A DNA stretch of 22,878 bases from Nitrospirota bacterium (GCA_040758355.1 JBFLWF010000033.1:1-22878); one strand, 5' to 3'; shown: positions 1 to 8,729, numbered from the stretch's first letter. Numbers and translations are program-made. Notes: a model not told the origin generated them from the sequence alone.

Positions 1-185
1 TTTCCCATACGGTAATCATACGGATTTTCTCGCCCCTTTGAAAGCTCTTTCCCCATTATTTGAAGCCATGTTATACCGCTTCAAGTCCATCGGTTTACCC
101 ACTCTCTTCCACGATGAGCCTATTTTTTTATAGCCTCTCTGAGTATTATTTTTATATAATTTTCGCCATTATAGACGAACACCTG

Positions 186-1202
186 TTATTTCTTTCGTCT
201 GTCTGGCCCCTTTAGTTCTATTACCTCGCACATTTGTTGAATGCGCGAACTTATTCTCTCATCAAGCCGAGACCGGAGCCCGTCTGGGTTGATATTTGAA
301 GTGTAGATCGTTTTCAGGTACTTATTGTTCCTGAAATAGATGATCGTATTCAGCTTCTCTCGCACCCATTCCGTAGGCCTTTCCGCCCCTATGTCGTCCA
401 GAACGAGAACAGAGATATTAGAGTATTCGTCGATGACAGCCTGCTCTGTTCTGCCGCTGTTTTCGTCATACGAGGATTTAATTTCACTAAGGAGCCCTGG
501 CACATAAATAAAGCGATATAAATCCCTAAATACGGTAACATCGTTAACAACCCGGCGGGCAATATCCTCATGTAGCCGAGTTGTTTTAATCAATTCCTTT
601 AAAAGTGCCGCCGCCAGCCATGATTTTCCTCTTCCAACATCACCATGCACATAAATACCTTGTTTTCCACTCTGTGCTCGTCTACATACCTGAACGACTT
701 CGTTTGGAAAGTTATCATACGATGCTTTCATGAGCAATCCCTCTACCCCTACAGCTTTTAGAATTTGCTGCATATTCCGGTCTACAAATTCTGTAAAGGA
801 CCGTTTCTTCCTTTCCTGCTCCTCCTTTTCCTCTTTCGCTTGACATACATCGCAGAGACGCGGATTGCGCCATGTAAGATTATTATGATTGAAACCTACT
901 CCCTCTATTTTATTGCTGCATATATTGCAAACAAAATATTGAGGCTTCGATTTGAACAATTCGATGATCTCAGAAAAGACCATAGTGTCGGAAAGCTCCA
1001 TCGCCATTTCTCGGGCGATATCGTAATGTCCAGCAGTAAGTTGCATCTTGATTTCATTGAGCTTATCGCTGTACTTTTCACGCGCTTCTCTTTTGGCTGC
1101 CTCCCTGCGGCGTTCAAGCTCCGTCTGCGCCTCCCTAAGAGTTTTTTCTCTCCTATGCCATCCTGCTTCATGGCCGACTCCCTCCTTCAAGAAATATCTC
1201 AA
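186..1202 (-). CDS. DnaC/IstB-like AAA+ ATPase (helicase-loader type) with N-terminal coiled coil and Zn-finger; start uncertain
   Basis: Walker A GDVGRGKS, Walker B LVLDDIG followed by AERPTEW, sensor YTSN, RISSRI arginine-finger box, and CNIC...CDVC zinc-finger pair. The ATG with the best SD (1171) is in another frame (see findings). Confidence 0.8.
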   Translation of the reverse strand: MRYFLKEGVGHEAGWHRREKTLREAQTELERRREAAKREAREKYSDKLNEIKMQLTAGHYDIAREMAMELSDTMVFSEIIELFKSKPQYFVCNICSNKIEGVGFNHNNLTWRNPRLCDVCQAKEEKEEQERKKRSFTEFVDRNMQQILKAVGVEGLLMKASYDNFPNEVVQVCRRAQSGKQGIYVHGDVGRGKSWLAAALLKELIKTTRLHEDIARRVVNDVTVFRDLYRFIYVPGLLSEIKSSYDENSGRTEQAVIDEYSNISVLVLDDIGAERPTEWVREKLNTIIYFRNNKYLKTIYTSNINPDGLRSRLDERISSRIQQMCEVIELKGPDRRKK

Positions 1203-1226
1203 TATATCTCAATATATCTCAATATA
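1193..1226. repeat. Tandem 10-bp repeat AATATATCTC (two exact units flanked by partial units)
   Basis: The sequence reads aatatctc-aatatatctc-aatatatctc-aatata, immediately upstream of the ATPase SD sequence. Confidence 0.8.
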
Positions 1227-1357
1227 ACAATGCTGCCGATATACTGGCAATAGAAAAAACTTATGATAGCATCGCAGCAAATGCCTTTCCCTGCAAGCTC
1301 AAAAAATAAATGCACTGACTGCGAATATAGGATTTCTGCGGAGATGTTTTTTGAAAA

Positions 1358-2278
1358 TTATATACTGCCGAGGGCTTTATACAATCCTATGACAAGTTCT
1401 GTCATTTTTTCATAATCAAGTGTTTCTGCAGTATCTCCAGGAGCATGATAATTGGGGTTCCTGTAGAATGCTGTGTCTGTGATCATGAATGCAGAATAGC
1501 TGAACTCCCAGAAATTAAGGTGGTCGGAGAAATTAACGCCGGGAACAATGGAAACAGCATTGAGGGATTCTACAGGTATAGCTGATACTGATTTAAATAA
1601 ATTTTTGACCCTTATGGTAAATGATCTTGATGAGAGGTTTCCCACAAATGCAATAAAATTGCCCTTTTCAGGATAGAACCATTTGAAGATAGGCAAAGGG
1701 TAATACTGAGAATTTTTCTTGTCAGAGTAATATCCGAGCATTTCGAGTGAAATCATACCATAGACTTTTATTCCTTCTTCCTTGAGGCTTTTTGCGTAGA
1801 TGTAGCTTCCCATATTTTTCGTCATGAAAATGGGAGGCTCCTCAAGAGTGAATGCAACGAAACGGACTGTCCTTTGCAAAGGCTTTAACACGGTTAGTCT
1901 CGCCAGTTCAAGAAGTCCTGCCACTCCGCTCGCATTGTCGTCTGCGCCTGGCGTGTCGATGACAGTGTCATAATGCGCTCCGATTACAAGTATTCCGTCT
2001 TTAGATTCTTTTGTGCCTTTTATTTCACAGATTATGTTGTAGTATGTACTGCCTCTATAATTGAAAGGCTGCCTTTTTACATTGCAGCCATAGGAGCGGA
2101 GTTTGCCTTCGATGTAATCGGCAGTCCTGTTCAGCCTTTCCACATCGAGATAACTCCGCTGACCTATGTCATGGGAAAGATATTTTACAGTCGAAATAAG
2201 ATTTTGCTTTAACTTATCCATTTCAAAGGCTTCTGAAGTAAGCAATATCAGAAGCAGCGGTAAAATATAAACGATCAT
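1358..2278 (-). CDS. M28-family Zn metallopeptidase with signal peptide
   Basis: Motifs IGAHYD, PGADDNASG, FTLEE, SLEMLG, SDH and YH; hydrophobic N-terminus. Confidence 0.9.
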   Translation of the reverse strand: MIVYILPLLLILLTSEAFEMDKLKQNLISTVKYLSHDIGQRSYLDVERLNRTADYIEGKLRSYGCNVKRQPFNYRGSTYYNIICEIKGTKESKDGILVIGAHYDTVIDTPGADDNASGVAGLLELARLTVLKPLQRTVRFVAFTLEEPPIFMTKNMGSYIYAKSLKEEGIKVYGMISLEMLGYYSDKKNSQYYPLPIFKWFYPEKGNFIAFVGNLSSRSFTIRVKNLFKSVSAIPVESLNAVSIVPGVNFSDHLNFWEFSYSAFMITDTAFYRNPNYHAPGDTAETLDYEKMTELVIGLYKALGSI

Positions 2279-2280
2279 TG

Positions 2281-3198
2281 CTACTTTTTCATATACTTCA
2301 TCTGAATATTCCAGAGTATAAGCCCTGCGCCTTCGGGTCTCGGAGGCAGCGATTTTTTGATTTCAGAGGCAATATGTTCGGCATTGTCAGATTTAGCCGC
2401 GAGTTCTCTGGCTTTTTTATCAAAGGCAATAAGATAGTCCTTCATTTCTTCTATATCTTTCTTTGTTGAGACCGGCCCGTGTCCCGGAATGATCTTCTCG
2501 ACATCCATTGTCATAATGTAATCGAGCACCTTAACCCATTCTTCAATGTTTCCTTCTCCAAGGAAAGGATGATAATTTGTAAATAAAATGTCCCCTGCAA
2601 ACAGTACCTTCTTATCAGGCAGATAAACAAGAACGCTTCCATCCGTATGCGACGGCCTTAAATAAATCAGCTCTATTTTCCGGTCGCCGAGATCTATTTC
2701 CATCCTGTCAGTAAAGGCCAGAGCAGGATAGGCAATCCTTGTCCCCTTCATATCCTTTTCAGTAAGGCCATAGTTTTTTGCATTCTTCAGGGCTGTTTCA
2801 CCATGAGCCTTCAGATTTTTACTGTCATTGGTGTGCGAGATAATTAGTGCCCTGATTTTCTTGAACTCGGAATTGCCGAAAGTATGATCGAGGTGATAAT
2901 GGGTGTTGATAACATATTTTACAGGTTTCTTTGATATTGCCTTAATATCCTTGATAAATCTCTTTGCTTCTTTTGACGATATGAGAGTATCCACAACAAC
3001 AATTCCGTCCCTGCCGATAATAATCCCCGCATTTGCGCCATAGCTGTTTTGGGGAGTGCTGCTTTTCGTGTCAACATATGAGTAAACATTGTCTGCTATC
3101 TTTGTCAGCTTCTCTGCAGCAAATACATTTCCGCATAATACGACATAAACTATAAAAACCAATACTGCCAGCCATTTGATGCTACTGTACTTTTTCAT
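2281..3198 (-). CDS. Secreted MBL-fold metallo-hydrolase (cyclase-like)
   Basis: THYHLDH (HxHxDH), HTDG, LFAGD and IPGHG motifs; signal peptide ending VFA-AE; SD AGGAG. Confidence 0.9.
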   Translation of the reverse strand: MKKYSSIKWLAVLVFIVYVVLCGNVFAAEKLTKIADNVYSYVDTKSSTPQNSYGANAGIIIGRDGIVVVDTLISSKEAKRFIKDIKAISKKPVKYVINTHYHLDHTFGNSEFKKIRALIISHTNDSKNLKAHGETALKNAKNYGLTEKDMKGTRIAYPALAFTDRMEIDLGDRKIELIYLRPSHTDGSVLVYLPDKKVLFAGDILFTNYHPFLGEGNIEEWVKVLDYIMTMDVEKIIPGHGPVSTKKDIEEMKDYLIAFDKKARELAAKSDNAEHIASEIKKSLPPRPEGAGLILWNIQMKYMKK

Positions 3199-3224
3199 TT
3201 TGATTTCTCCTTTTTATATATATG

Positions 3225-4640
3225 TCACAACCTGTCAGCAAGAGTGCCGATGGTTTTAACAGCGGTTTTTATGTCTTCATTCCATGTTGCGGCATTAAAC
3301 CTGAGAAAATTTCGATATCTCCGTCTCGATGAAAAGATGGGCCCGGGAGCGAAGCTGATTTTTTTCTTCAGAGCCTTTTCGTAAAGGTCGAGAGAATCGA
3401 TATCCTCAGGCATCTCGATCCAGAGCACATGCCCTCCTGACGGCCGCGATACCTTTGTCCCTTCAGGGAAATACTTAATGACAGCCTCTGACATCATACT
3501 TATGTTCCTTGCGTATATACTTCTTATTTTTCTTAAATGATGGTCATAGCCACCGTTGGAGAGAAAATCCGCAATGGCCAGTTGTATTGGCGTAGCCGTT
3601 GCAAGATTGGTTATGGACTTAAGACGCTCAACTTCCTGTTTATATCTTCCCGGAATTATCCAGCCCACCCGGTATCCCGGAGCGATGGTCTTGGAGAATG
3701 ACGAACACAAAAGCGCTATTTCATTTTTGTCAAATGCCTTTGCAATCTTTGGCCGATGGTATGAATATGCAATATCTCCGTAAATATCGTCCTCAATAAG
3801 AGGGATGTCGTATTCTGAAAGCATTTCCACCAGTTCTTTTTTTCTGTCATCAGGCATGCAGCTTCCGAGTGGATTGTTGAAGTTTGTGATAAACAGACAT
3901 GCTTTTACAGAGTTATGTTCTATGGCATAGCGGAGCGTATCGAGATTGATACCATCCCGCGGATGAGTCGGTATTTCAAGGGCTTTGAGACCGAGCATTT
4001 CAATTGCCTGAAGAAAGTTATAGTATGTGGGCGATTCTACGGCGATGGTGTCACCGGGCTTGCAGATGACCTTGAGGGCGAGCATTATAGCCTCCTGACA
4101 TCCTGCTGTGATGACAATGTCATCAGGCGTTACAGTACATCCCGTAGTTAGGGCGCGGCGGGCAATCTGAACACGCAGTTCCATACATCCCGGCACAAAT
4201 TCATATTCGATATTTCTGAGTCTGTAGCGCCTTGTTACTGAGGAGAGTGAGCGATTTATTTTATCGGCAGGCAGCAGTTCAGGATTTGGAATGGCAGCTC
4301 CAAGTTGAATGAGATTTGGATTGCGGTTTGCTTTAAAGACCATCATGACAAGGTCGTTAATGCTCACCTTTGTTGGCTTTGTTGACGGCTGTGATACGGC
4401 AATTTCCGGCTGCTTATCTGCCGGAGATGAGATTACATAATATCCTGACTGTGGACGGCACTCTACCAGCCCCTGGTCTTCGAGGAGACGGTATGCCTCC
4501 ATGACTGTGGAGATGCTGACTTTTAATTGTCTGCTGAGCTTGCGAACAGAGGGTATCCTGTCTCCCGGGCGGAATGTGCCGCTCTCTATGAGATGAGAGA
4601 TTTCATGCGCTACCTTTTCATAAAGTGTCAGGCTTTTCAT
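3225..4640 (-). CDS. MocR/GabR-type GntR regulator with PLP-dependent aminotransferase domain (YdcR/YjiR-like)
   Basis: N-terminal wHTH (GDRIPSVRKLS...VSISTVMEAY), EDDIYGD, and PLP-lysine motif SFSKTIAPGYRVGW. Confidence 0.95.
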   Translation of the reverse strand: MKSLTLYEKVAHEISHLIESGTFRPGDRIPSVRKLSRQLKVSISTVMEAYRLLEDQGLVECRPQSGYYVISSPADKQPEIAVSQPSTKPTKVSINDLVMMVFKANRNPNLIQLGAAIPNPELLPADKINRSLSSVTRRYRLRNIEYEFVPGCMELRVQIARRALTTGCTVTPDDIVITAGCQEAIMLALKVICKPGDTIAVESPTYYNFLQAIEMLGLKALEIPTHPRDGINLDTLRYAIEHNSVKACLFITNFNNPLGSCMPDDRKKELVEMLSEYDIPLIEDDIYGDIAYSYHRPKIAKAFDKNEIALLCSSFSKTIAPGYRVGWIIPGRYKQEVERLKSITNLATATPIQLAIADFLSNGGYDHHLRKIRSIYARNISMMSEAVIKYFPEGTKVSRPSGGHVLWIEMPEDIDSLDLYEKALKKKISFAPGPIFSSRRRYRNFLRFNAATWNEDIKTAVKTIGTLADRL

Positions 4641-4695
4641 GCTCTAATGTCTTCTCCTCTTGATTCTCATTTTAGCTCTTTGCAGACAGCCTTAC

Positions 4696-4785
4696 AAGAT
4701 ACAGTTTCCCATTTCGCAAACCATAACAGTTTATTGTTTTATGGACTGTTATGGAAACAAAAGTGATTTTTTGAATCTGTATCTT
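4696..4785. promoter_or_regulatory. Nested inverted repeats, probable MocR operator
   Basis: AAGATACAG (4696-4704) pairs with CTGTATCTT (4777-4785), enclosing CCATAACAGT (4721-4730) and ACTGTTATGG (4745-4754), in the divergent mocR-DUF2917 spacer. Confidence 0.7.
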
Positions 4786-4811
4786 TTTCATTGCTCCATT
4801 TAGACTTAAAC

Positions 4812-5099
4812 ATGAGATTAAATTCGTGCAATATTAAGGCAGGTTCAAACTTCTCAGGAACTATAGCACATGACGGGGATAATCCCATCAAAATCTGCAT
4901 GAATGAAGGCTCAATAGTGAGACTGGAAAGAGACGCCCGCGGTGTCATCATCGGATGCACTGAAGGAATCTTATGGATCACGCAGCAAGATGATTTCATT
5001 GATTACCTCCTCCATTCCGGAGATCACTTTACTATAAACAAAAAGGGGCTTGTCGTAATAACAGCCTTTTCGGATGCAAGGGCAGAACTGCTTCTTTAG
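4812..5099 (+). CDS. DUF2917-domain small cupin-like protein
   Basis: CTEGILWITQ...DYLLHSGDHF signature. Divergent from a MocR/GntR regulator, a common context for this family. ATG lies 5 nt after a TAGACT -10-like box. Confidence 0.8.
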   Translation: MRLNSCNIKAGSNFSGTIAHDGDNPIKICMNEGSIVRLERDARGVIIGCTEGILWITQQDDFIDYLLHSGDHFTINKKGLVVITAFSDARAELLL

Positions 5100-5250
5100 T
5101 GATTTCGTCATTTTGAGCCCAATTCTTTGACATCTTATCTAAATCACGATTATTGAATGCATCATAGAATTCGATTAAAGCAAGCATAGGGCCTGAAAAC
5201 TTTTTCTTGTCCTCATTGCCTGTGATAGGTGTCTGTCCATGCATCATCAA
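5100..5250 (-). pseudogene. 5' fragment of an NTF2/SnoaL-like protein
   Basis: ALIEFYDAFNNRDLDKMSKNW is a typical first NTF2-fold helix. Similarity stops at about 5100, where it meets the DUF2917 stop codon. Confidence 0.65.
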
Positions 5251-5722
5251 CTAATCTCCCTTCTTTTGATTAAAAGCTACGCAGTAAAACTTCCTTTCAT
5301 TAATAGCAGCGCCAAAGCATTTATTACATGATATGCATCTTGCCTTCTTCCTGTCGCCGGACTGCCATCTCTTTATAAGATCAGGTTCTGATATGAGCGG
5401 TCTGGAAATGCTGAAAAATTGCGCTGCTCCGTCGCGATAAATACTCTCCATCACATCAAGTGAACGGAGGCCGCCAACGAGGATCAAGGGACATTTCAGA
5501 TGATGTCTGAATTGCCCTGCATAATCCCTGAAATACGCCTCCAAATGAATAGCCGGTCAGTATAAGACCGACTCCGCCTTTTGCAAGGTCTCTGTAGATT
5601 TCAATCAACGGTTCGGTTACTTCACCGTTTTCACCAGCCATCCCTTCCCACGTGGCCGACCTCACAAAGTGGTTTCTTAGCTCCATGCTTCCAATAAATG
5701 CCTTCTGAAAAAGCTCGCTCAT
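5251..5722 (-). pseudogene. NADH:flavin oxidoreductase (Old Yellow Enzyme family) with a large internal deletion
   Basis: The N-terminus (LRNHFVRSATWEGMA...GGVGLILTG) is joined out of frame at about 5543 to the C-terminus (EAYF...PLILVGGLRS...SRPLISEPDL...CISCNKC). The central part of the TIM barrel is absent. Confidence 0.85.
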
Positions 5723-5748
5723 CGTTACTCCTCCTTTTAAGGTTAATA

Positions 5749-5784
5749 TTGACAAACAATATCAGCATCAGTATACTTTGTCAA
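5749..5784. promoter_or_regulatory. Overlapping divergent sigma70 promoters (hxlR and oxidoreductase)
   Basis: Plus strand: TTGACA(5749-5754)-17 nt-TATACT(5772-5777). Minus strand: TTGACA(5784-5779)-17 nt-TATTGT. Confidence 0.75.
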
Positions 5785-5836
5785 GTAGTTACATTTAGGT
5801 TATACAGTTTCAAAAAATATACTATTGGAGGAGAAT

Positions 5837-6154
5837 ATGGCTTATAAAACCTGCAGCGATAAGGAATGTTCGGTGGTAAAAACCCTGAAGATCATCGGCA
5901 GTAAATGGACCATTTTAATCATCAGGGACCTTCTTGACGGCAAGAAGAGATTCGGTGAACTGAGAAAATCCCTCGATGGGGTCAGCCCCAAAACCTTATC
6001 AGAGCGTTTGAAATCACTTGAGAAGGAGGGGATAACTACAAAAAAGATTTATCCCGAAGTCCCGCCGAGGGTTGAATACTCTTTGACCAAAAGAGGACAG
6101 AGCTTTGCTGCGATTATCAAAAGCATGAAGGAGTGGGGGGAAAAAATGAGATAA
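5837..6154 (+). CDS. HxlR/DUF24-family winged-helix redox-sensing regulator
   Basis: C-S-V...IIGSKWTILII...RFGEL...SPKTLSERLKSLE...YPEVPPRVEYSLT; SD GGAGGAG. Confidence 0.93.
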   Translation: MAYKTCSDKECSVVKTLKIIGSKWTILIIRDLLDGKKRFGELRKSLDGVSPKTLSERLKSLEKEGITTKKIYPEVPPRVEYSLTKRGQSFAAIIKSMKEWGEKMR

Positions 6155-6255
6155 GATTCTTATCAGCTTTCAAGGCTCCACTCTGAGGTTTTCATTACCT
6201 TGCTGAACCGCATAGCCTGAGTTACCAATATTGCCTTTTTCATAAGTGCCTCTAC

Positions 6256-6579
6256 TTATAAATAATCCTCCCTTATCGGATACCACGCATCAACTGCCCT
6301 TGTTGGCTTATCAAGAACCCTTGCGCTGTGCTCTTGATTGGAATAAATCACAACACCGTCGCCATTTTTCAAAATCCTTGTCTCGCCCTCAACGGTAAAC
6401 TCCATCTCTCCTTCGATAACATATGTTATCTGCTCATGAGGATGCTTGTGTGAAGGAATCACTGCATTAGGTTTAAACTCAAAAAATGTCATCATGGTCT
6501 TATTGCCAGAGACAGCCCTTAGTGTGATGCCTTCAAGGACTTGTTTTGCCTTTAAATCTGATTCTTCAAAGAAATTCAT
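6256..6579 (-). CDS. Cupin-2 domain protein
   Basis: PSHKHPHEQITYVIEGEM and H...DAWYPIREDY motifs; SD GGAGG before MNFF. Confidence 0.9.
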   Translation of the reverse strand: MNFFEESDLKAKQVLEGITLRAVSGNKTMMTFFEFKPNAVIPSHKHPHEQITYVIEGEMEFTVEGETRILKNGDGVVIYSNQEHSARVLDKPTRAVDAWYPIREDYL

Positions 6580-6597
6580 CGTTCCCTCCAAAATTAT

Positions 6598-7296
6598 TTA
6601 TAAGTATAGTTTTATCATCTTATTTGCCCCTTTCTGGAACTCAAAAGGCACTTCCATTATCTCTACCTTTATCCTGTTAGAATCAAGAGATGATAATATG
6701 TCGTCCAAATAAGGATAAGGCTTAAAATCAAGACCGATGAGCGGAAATATCCTGACTTCGCCTGAACACACTCTGATAAGTTCTTTTATACATGCCACAT
6801 GAAAGTCGGAATCAAGTCTGTCGCCATAGAGAAACAGAAAATTTCCTGATAACACAAGCGAAAATCTTTTATCAGAAAATGGCAGATGCGGAAGCTCTGC
6901 CTGAACATAACGCCCTTCTTTTGAGCCGACGGGGAAATCATTTGCAAATATTTTTAAAGCCCTACTTCTCAATGCCATAACCTCATCCTTGCTTTTGTAA
7001 TATTTCCAGACATAGAGATGCGTTACCTCATCAAACTTTTCAAAGACATGCTGTATATCTTTTTTGCCTTTCTCCATAAGTTTATCAGCAGTCAGGTCAT
7101 ACAAAATATCGCACGCTGTAACATTAAAGCCTTTTTGATGTGCCTCTGCCGCAAATGAAGATGCACCGGCAGGGCAGTCAAGTATTTGGCCTTGCCTTAG
7201 CAGAGACTCATCAAGACCGAACATGTCCATATATTCCGCATATGTCCTGCCGAAAAAGGCAATGCGGTCTATGTCTAAGTGGTCGCTGTCTCTCAT
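6598..7296 (-). CDS. Class I SAM-dependent methyltransferase
   Basis: GRTYAEYMDMF, ILDCPAGASSF (motif I), LPFSDKRFSLVLSGNFLFLY and EVRIFPL. Confidence 0.85.
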   Translation of the reverse strand: MRDSDHLDIDRIAFFGRTYAEYMDMFGLDESLLRQGQILDCPAGASSFAAEAHQKGFNVTACDILYDLTADKLMEKGKKDIQHVFEKFDEVTHLYVWKYYKSKDEVMALRSRALKIFANDFPVGSKEGRYVQAELPHLPFSDKRFSLVLSGNFLFLYGDRLDSDFHVACIKELIRVCSGEVRIFPLIGLDFKPYPYLDDILSSLDSNRIKVEIMEVPFEFQKGANKMIKLYL

Positions 7297-7300
7297 GTGA

Positions 7301-8071
7301 CTATTTCTCTGCAAATGCAAAGAGCCTTCTAAAACTAAACTCTATGCCCTTTTCATTCCTGTAGTTTTCAAAGCCCATTGCAAATGCATATTTGAATCGC
7401 TCCTGCCTGTTCTCTGGCAGATGAGCAAGAAACGGCCTTAAGGTAGCAGATACGCCCCACTCAAGCACATCATTGATGCTTTCAAATACAAGCGTGTAGT
7501 CTTTATAAAAGACATTTATGTTTACAAACCCTGCGTCTTTAAGAAAGCCTGCCATCTCTTCCTTTACCGGAAACCTCCACGGCGATTCCATCTTTTTGTA
7601 TTTTGACTCAAGACCGAGGAAGGCTATCGCACTGTTGATGTTTTCCATTAATTCCCAGCAGAAATCCTTTGCAGGGAGTTGAACGGCAATTCTTCCATTT
7701 TCCCGAAGTGCATTATACGATCTTGCCATTACATCTTCCTGCTCTTTTACCCATTGGAGTGCAGAATTGGAGTATACGAGGTCGAACTCCTCTTTTAAAT
7801 CAAGCTTCTGCGCCGGAATGTTTATCAGGGCGACATTACCTGCAGACAGAGTTTTTTCTCTTGCCCTTTCAAGCATCTCGATAGACGGATCTATTCCGAC
7901 TACTTTCCCTTTGTGTGCCAGACGCGCAAGTTCGATTGTAAGGGTTCCTGTACCGCAGCCGATGTCCAATATTGAGTCGTCGGCCTTTACACGGGACATA
8001 GCAATAAGCTCTCTGCCCACATCAGTCTGCGGCGAGTGTGTGACATCGTACATTCCGGCATCCCATTTCAT
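7301..8071 (-). CDS. Class I SAM-dependent methyltransferase (Tam/BioC-like)
   Basis: ILDIGCGTG, GIDPSIEML and FDLVYSNSALQWV; SD GGAGGT. Confidence 0.9.
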   Translation of the reverse strand: MKWDAGMYDVTHSPQTDVGRELIAMSRVKADDSILDIGCGTGTLTIELARLAHKGKVVGIDPSIEMLERAREKTLSAGNVALINIPAQKLDLKEEFDLVYSNSALQWVKEQEDVMARSYNALRENGRIAVQLPAKDFCWELMENINSAIAFLGLESKYKKMESPWRFPVKEEMAGFLKDAGFVNINVFYKDYTLVFESINDVLEWGVSATLRPFLAHLPENRQERFKYAFAMGFENYRNEKGIEFSFRRLFAFAEK

Positions 8072-8082
8072 AACGCACCTCC

Positions 8083-8121
8083 AAAAATAAAAAGGCCACG
8101 GAGTTTGTTTCCGTGGCCTTT
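8083..8121 (-). terminator. Rho-independent terminator in the 5' leader of the methyltransferase operon (attenuator terminator)
   Basis: The minus strand reads AAAGGCCACGGA-AACAAAC-TCCGTGGCCTTT-TTATTTTT, ending at the SD of the 8071 gene. Confidence 0.85.
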
Positions 8122-8150
8122 GAGTTTTTCTGCTTATCTTCTGCTAAAAG

Positions 8151-8237
8151 CTAATAGAATCCCCCTCCAGCCACGGCATTGACATGCCATGCTGTTTTAT
8201 TAAGGAGCCTATTTGCTATAAGCAGATTGCAAAACAT
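8151..8237 (-). CDS. Putative 28-aa leader peptide MFCNLLIANRLLNKTAWHVNAVAGGGFY
   Basis: ATG 6 nt after the -10 box, open to TAG at 8151. The ORF overlaps the alternative hairpin segments. Confidence 0.6.
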   Translation of the reverse strand: MFCNLLIANRLLNKTAWHVNAVAGGGFY

Positions 8238-8243
8238 GTTTGA

Positions 8244-8272
8244 AGTATAGATAGTTTTCATTTCCATGTCAA
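8244..8272 (-). promoter_or_regulatory. Near-consensus sigma70 promoter
   Basis: TTGACA(8272-8267)-17 nt-TATACT(8249-8244). Confidence 0.85.
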
Positions 8273-8287
8273 GCAAAATTTTTGATG

Positions 8288-8404
8288 CTATTTCTTCTTG
8301 ATTTCAGGAGCACAACCACAACCGCATCCACAGCCGGATGTCTTGATCTCGCGCACAACATTGCCTAATGTCCCGATTTTCTTGTCTTTTTTGGTATCTG
8401 ACAT
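8288..8404 (-). CDS. 38-aa Cys-rich peptide MSDTKKDKKIGTLGNVVREIKTSGCGCGCGCAPEIKKK (putative metal-binding)
   Basis: Strong SD GGAGGTG; starts 2 nt after the upstream stop codon. Absent from the ORF track because it is under 60 aa. Confidence 0.7.
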   Translation of the reverse strand: MSDTKKDKKIGTLGNVVREIKTSGCGCGCGCAPEIKKK

Positions 8405-8406
8405 GC

Positions 8407-8589
8407 TTATTCACCTCCTTTCTTGCTTGCCTCTATAATCTTCTCCTCTATCCCTGCCATCTCGGCCTCAAGGCATCTCTTATACTCCTTTAATCTTTTA
8501 ATCTCTTCCTCTCTTGTTAAAACCACCCTCTTGAAAGTTGGCGGACATTCACAAGCCTCCTCAGTCCTTATAACGCAATATTGACACAT
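8407..8589 (-). CDS. 60-aa protein with CxxC and CxC motifs and a coiled coil (DUF5320-like)
   Basis: MCQYC...CECPPTFKR..LTREEEIKRLKEYKRCLEAEMAGIEEKI; SD GGAGGTG before ATG 8589. Confidence 0.75.
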   Translation of the reverse strand: MCQYCVIRTEEACECPPTFKRVVLTREEEIKRLKEYKRCLEAEMAGIEEKIIEASKKGGE

Positions 8590-8729
8590 AAAATTCACCT
8601 CCTTTCTCACCGGAACTTTCTCCTCTTCCTCTCCGGCTTCCTCCAATTCCAATATGTTTTCTGATCACTACATGCCCAATTATTTGTATAAGTCTATTAG
8701 TATATACTTATATATTGCTAAAAAATAAA

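Noticed and set aside
5..15. 11-bp reverse-complement match (TTACCGTATGG) to the IS3 orfA at the other end of the window
   Set aside because: Too short, with no IR or orfA-like frame around it; likely chance.
765..1253. 162-aa plus-strand ORF
   Set aside because: Antisense shadow of the ATPase gene, with no recognisable motifs.
2281..3198. Metallo-beta-lactamase resistance gene
   Set aside because: The HxHxDH and AGD pattern fits generic MBL-fold hydrolases; antibiotic activity cannot be inferred from it.
8590..8652. Track's N-terminal extension MELEEAGEEEEKVPVRKEVNF on the small Cys protein
   Set aside because: A strong SD lies directly before ATG 8589. The acidic stretch is more likely the 3' relic of a deleted gene.
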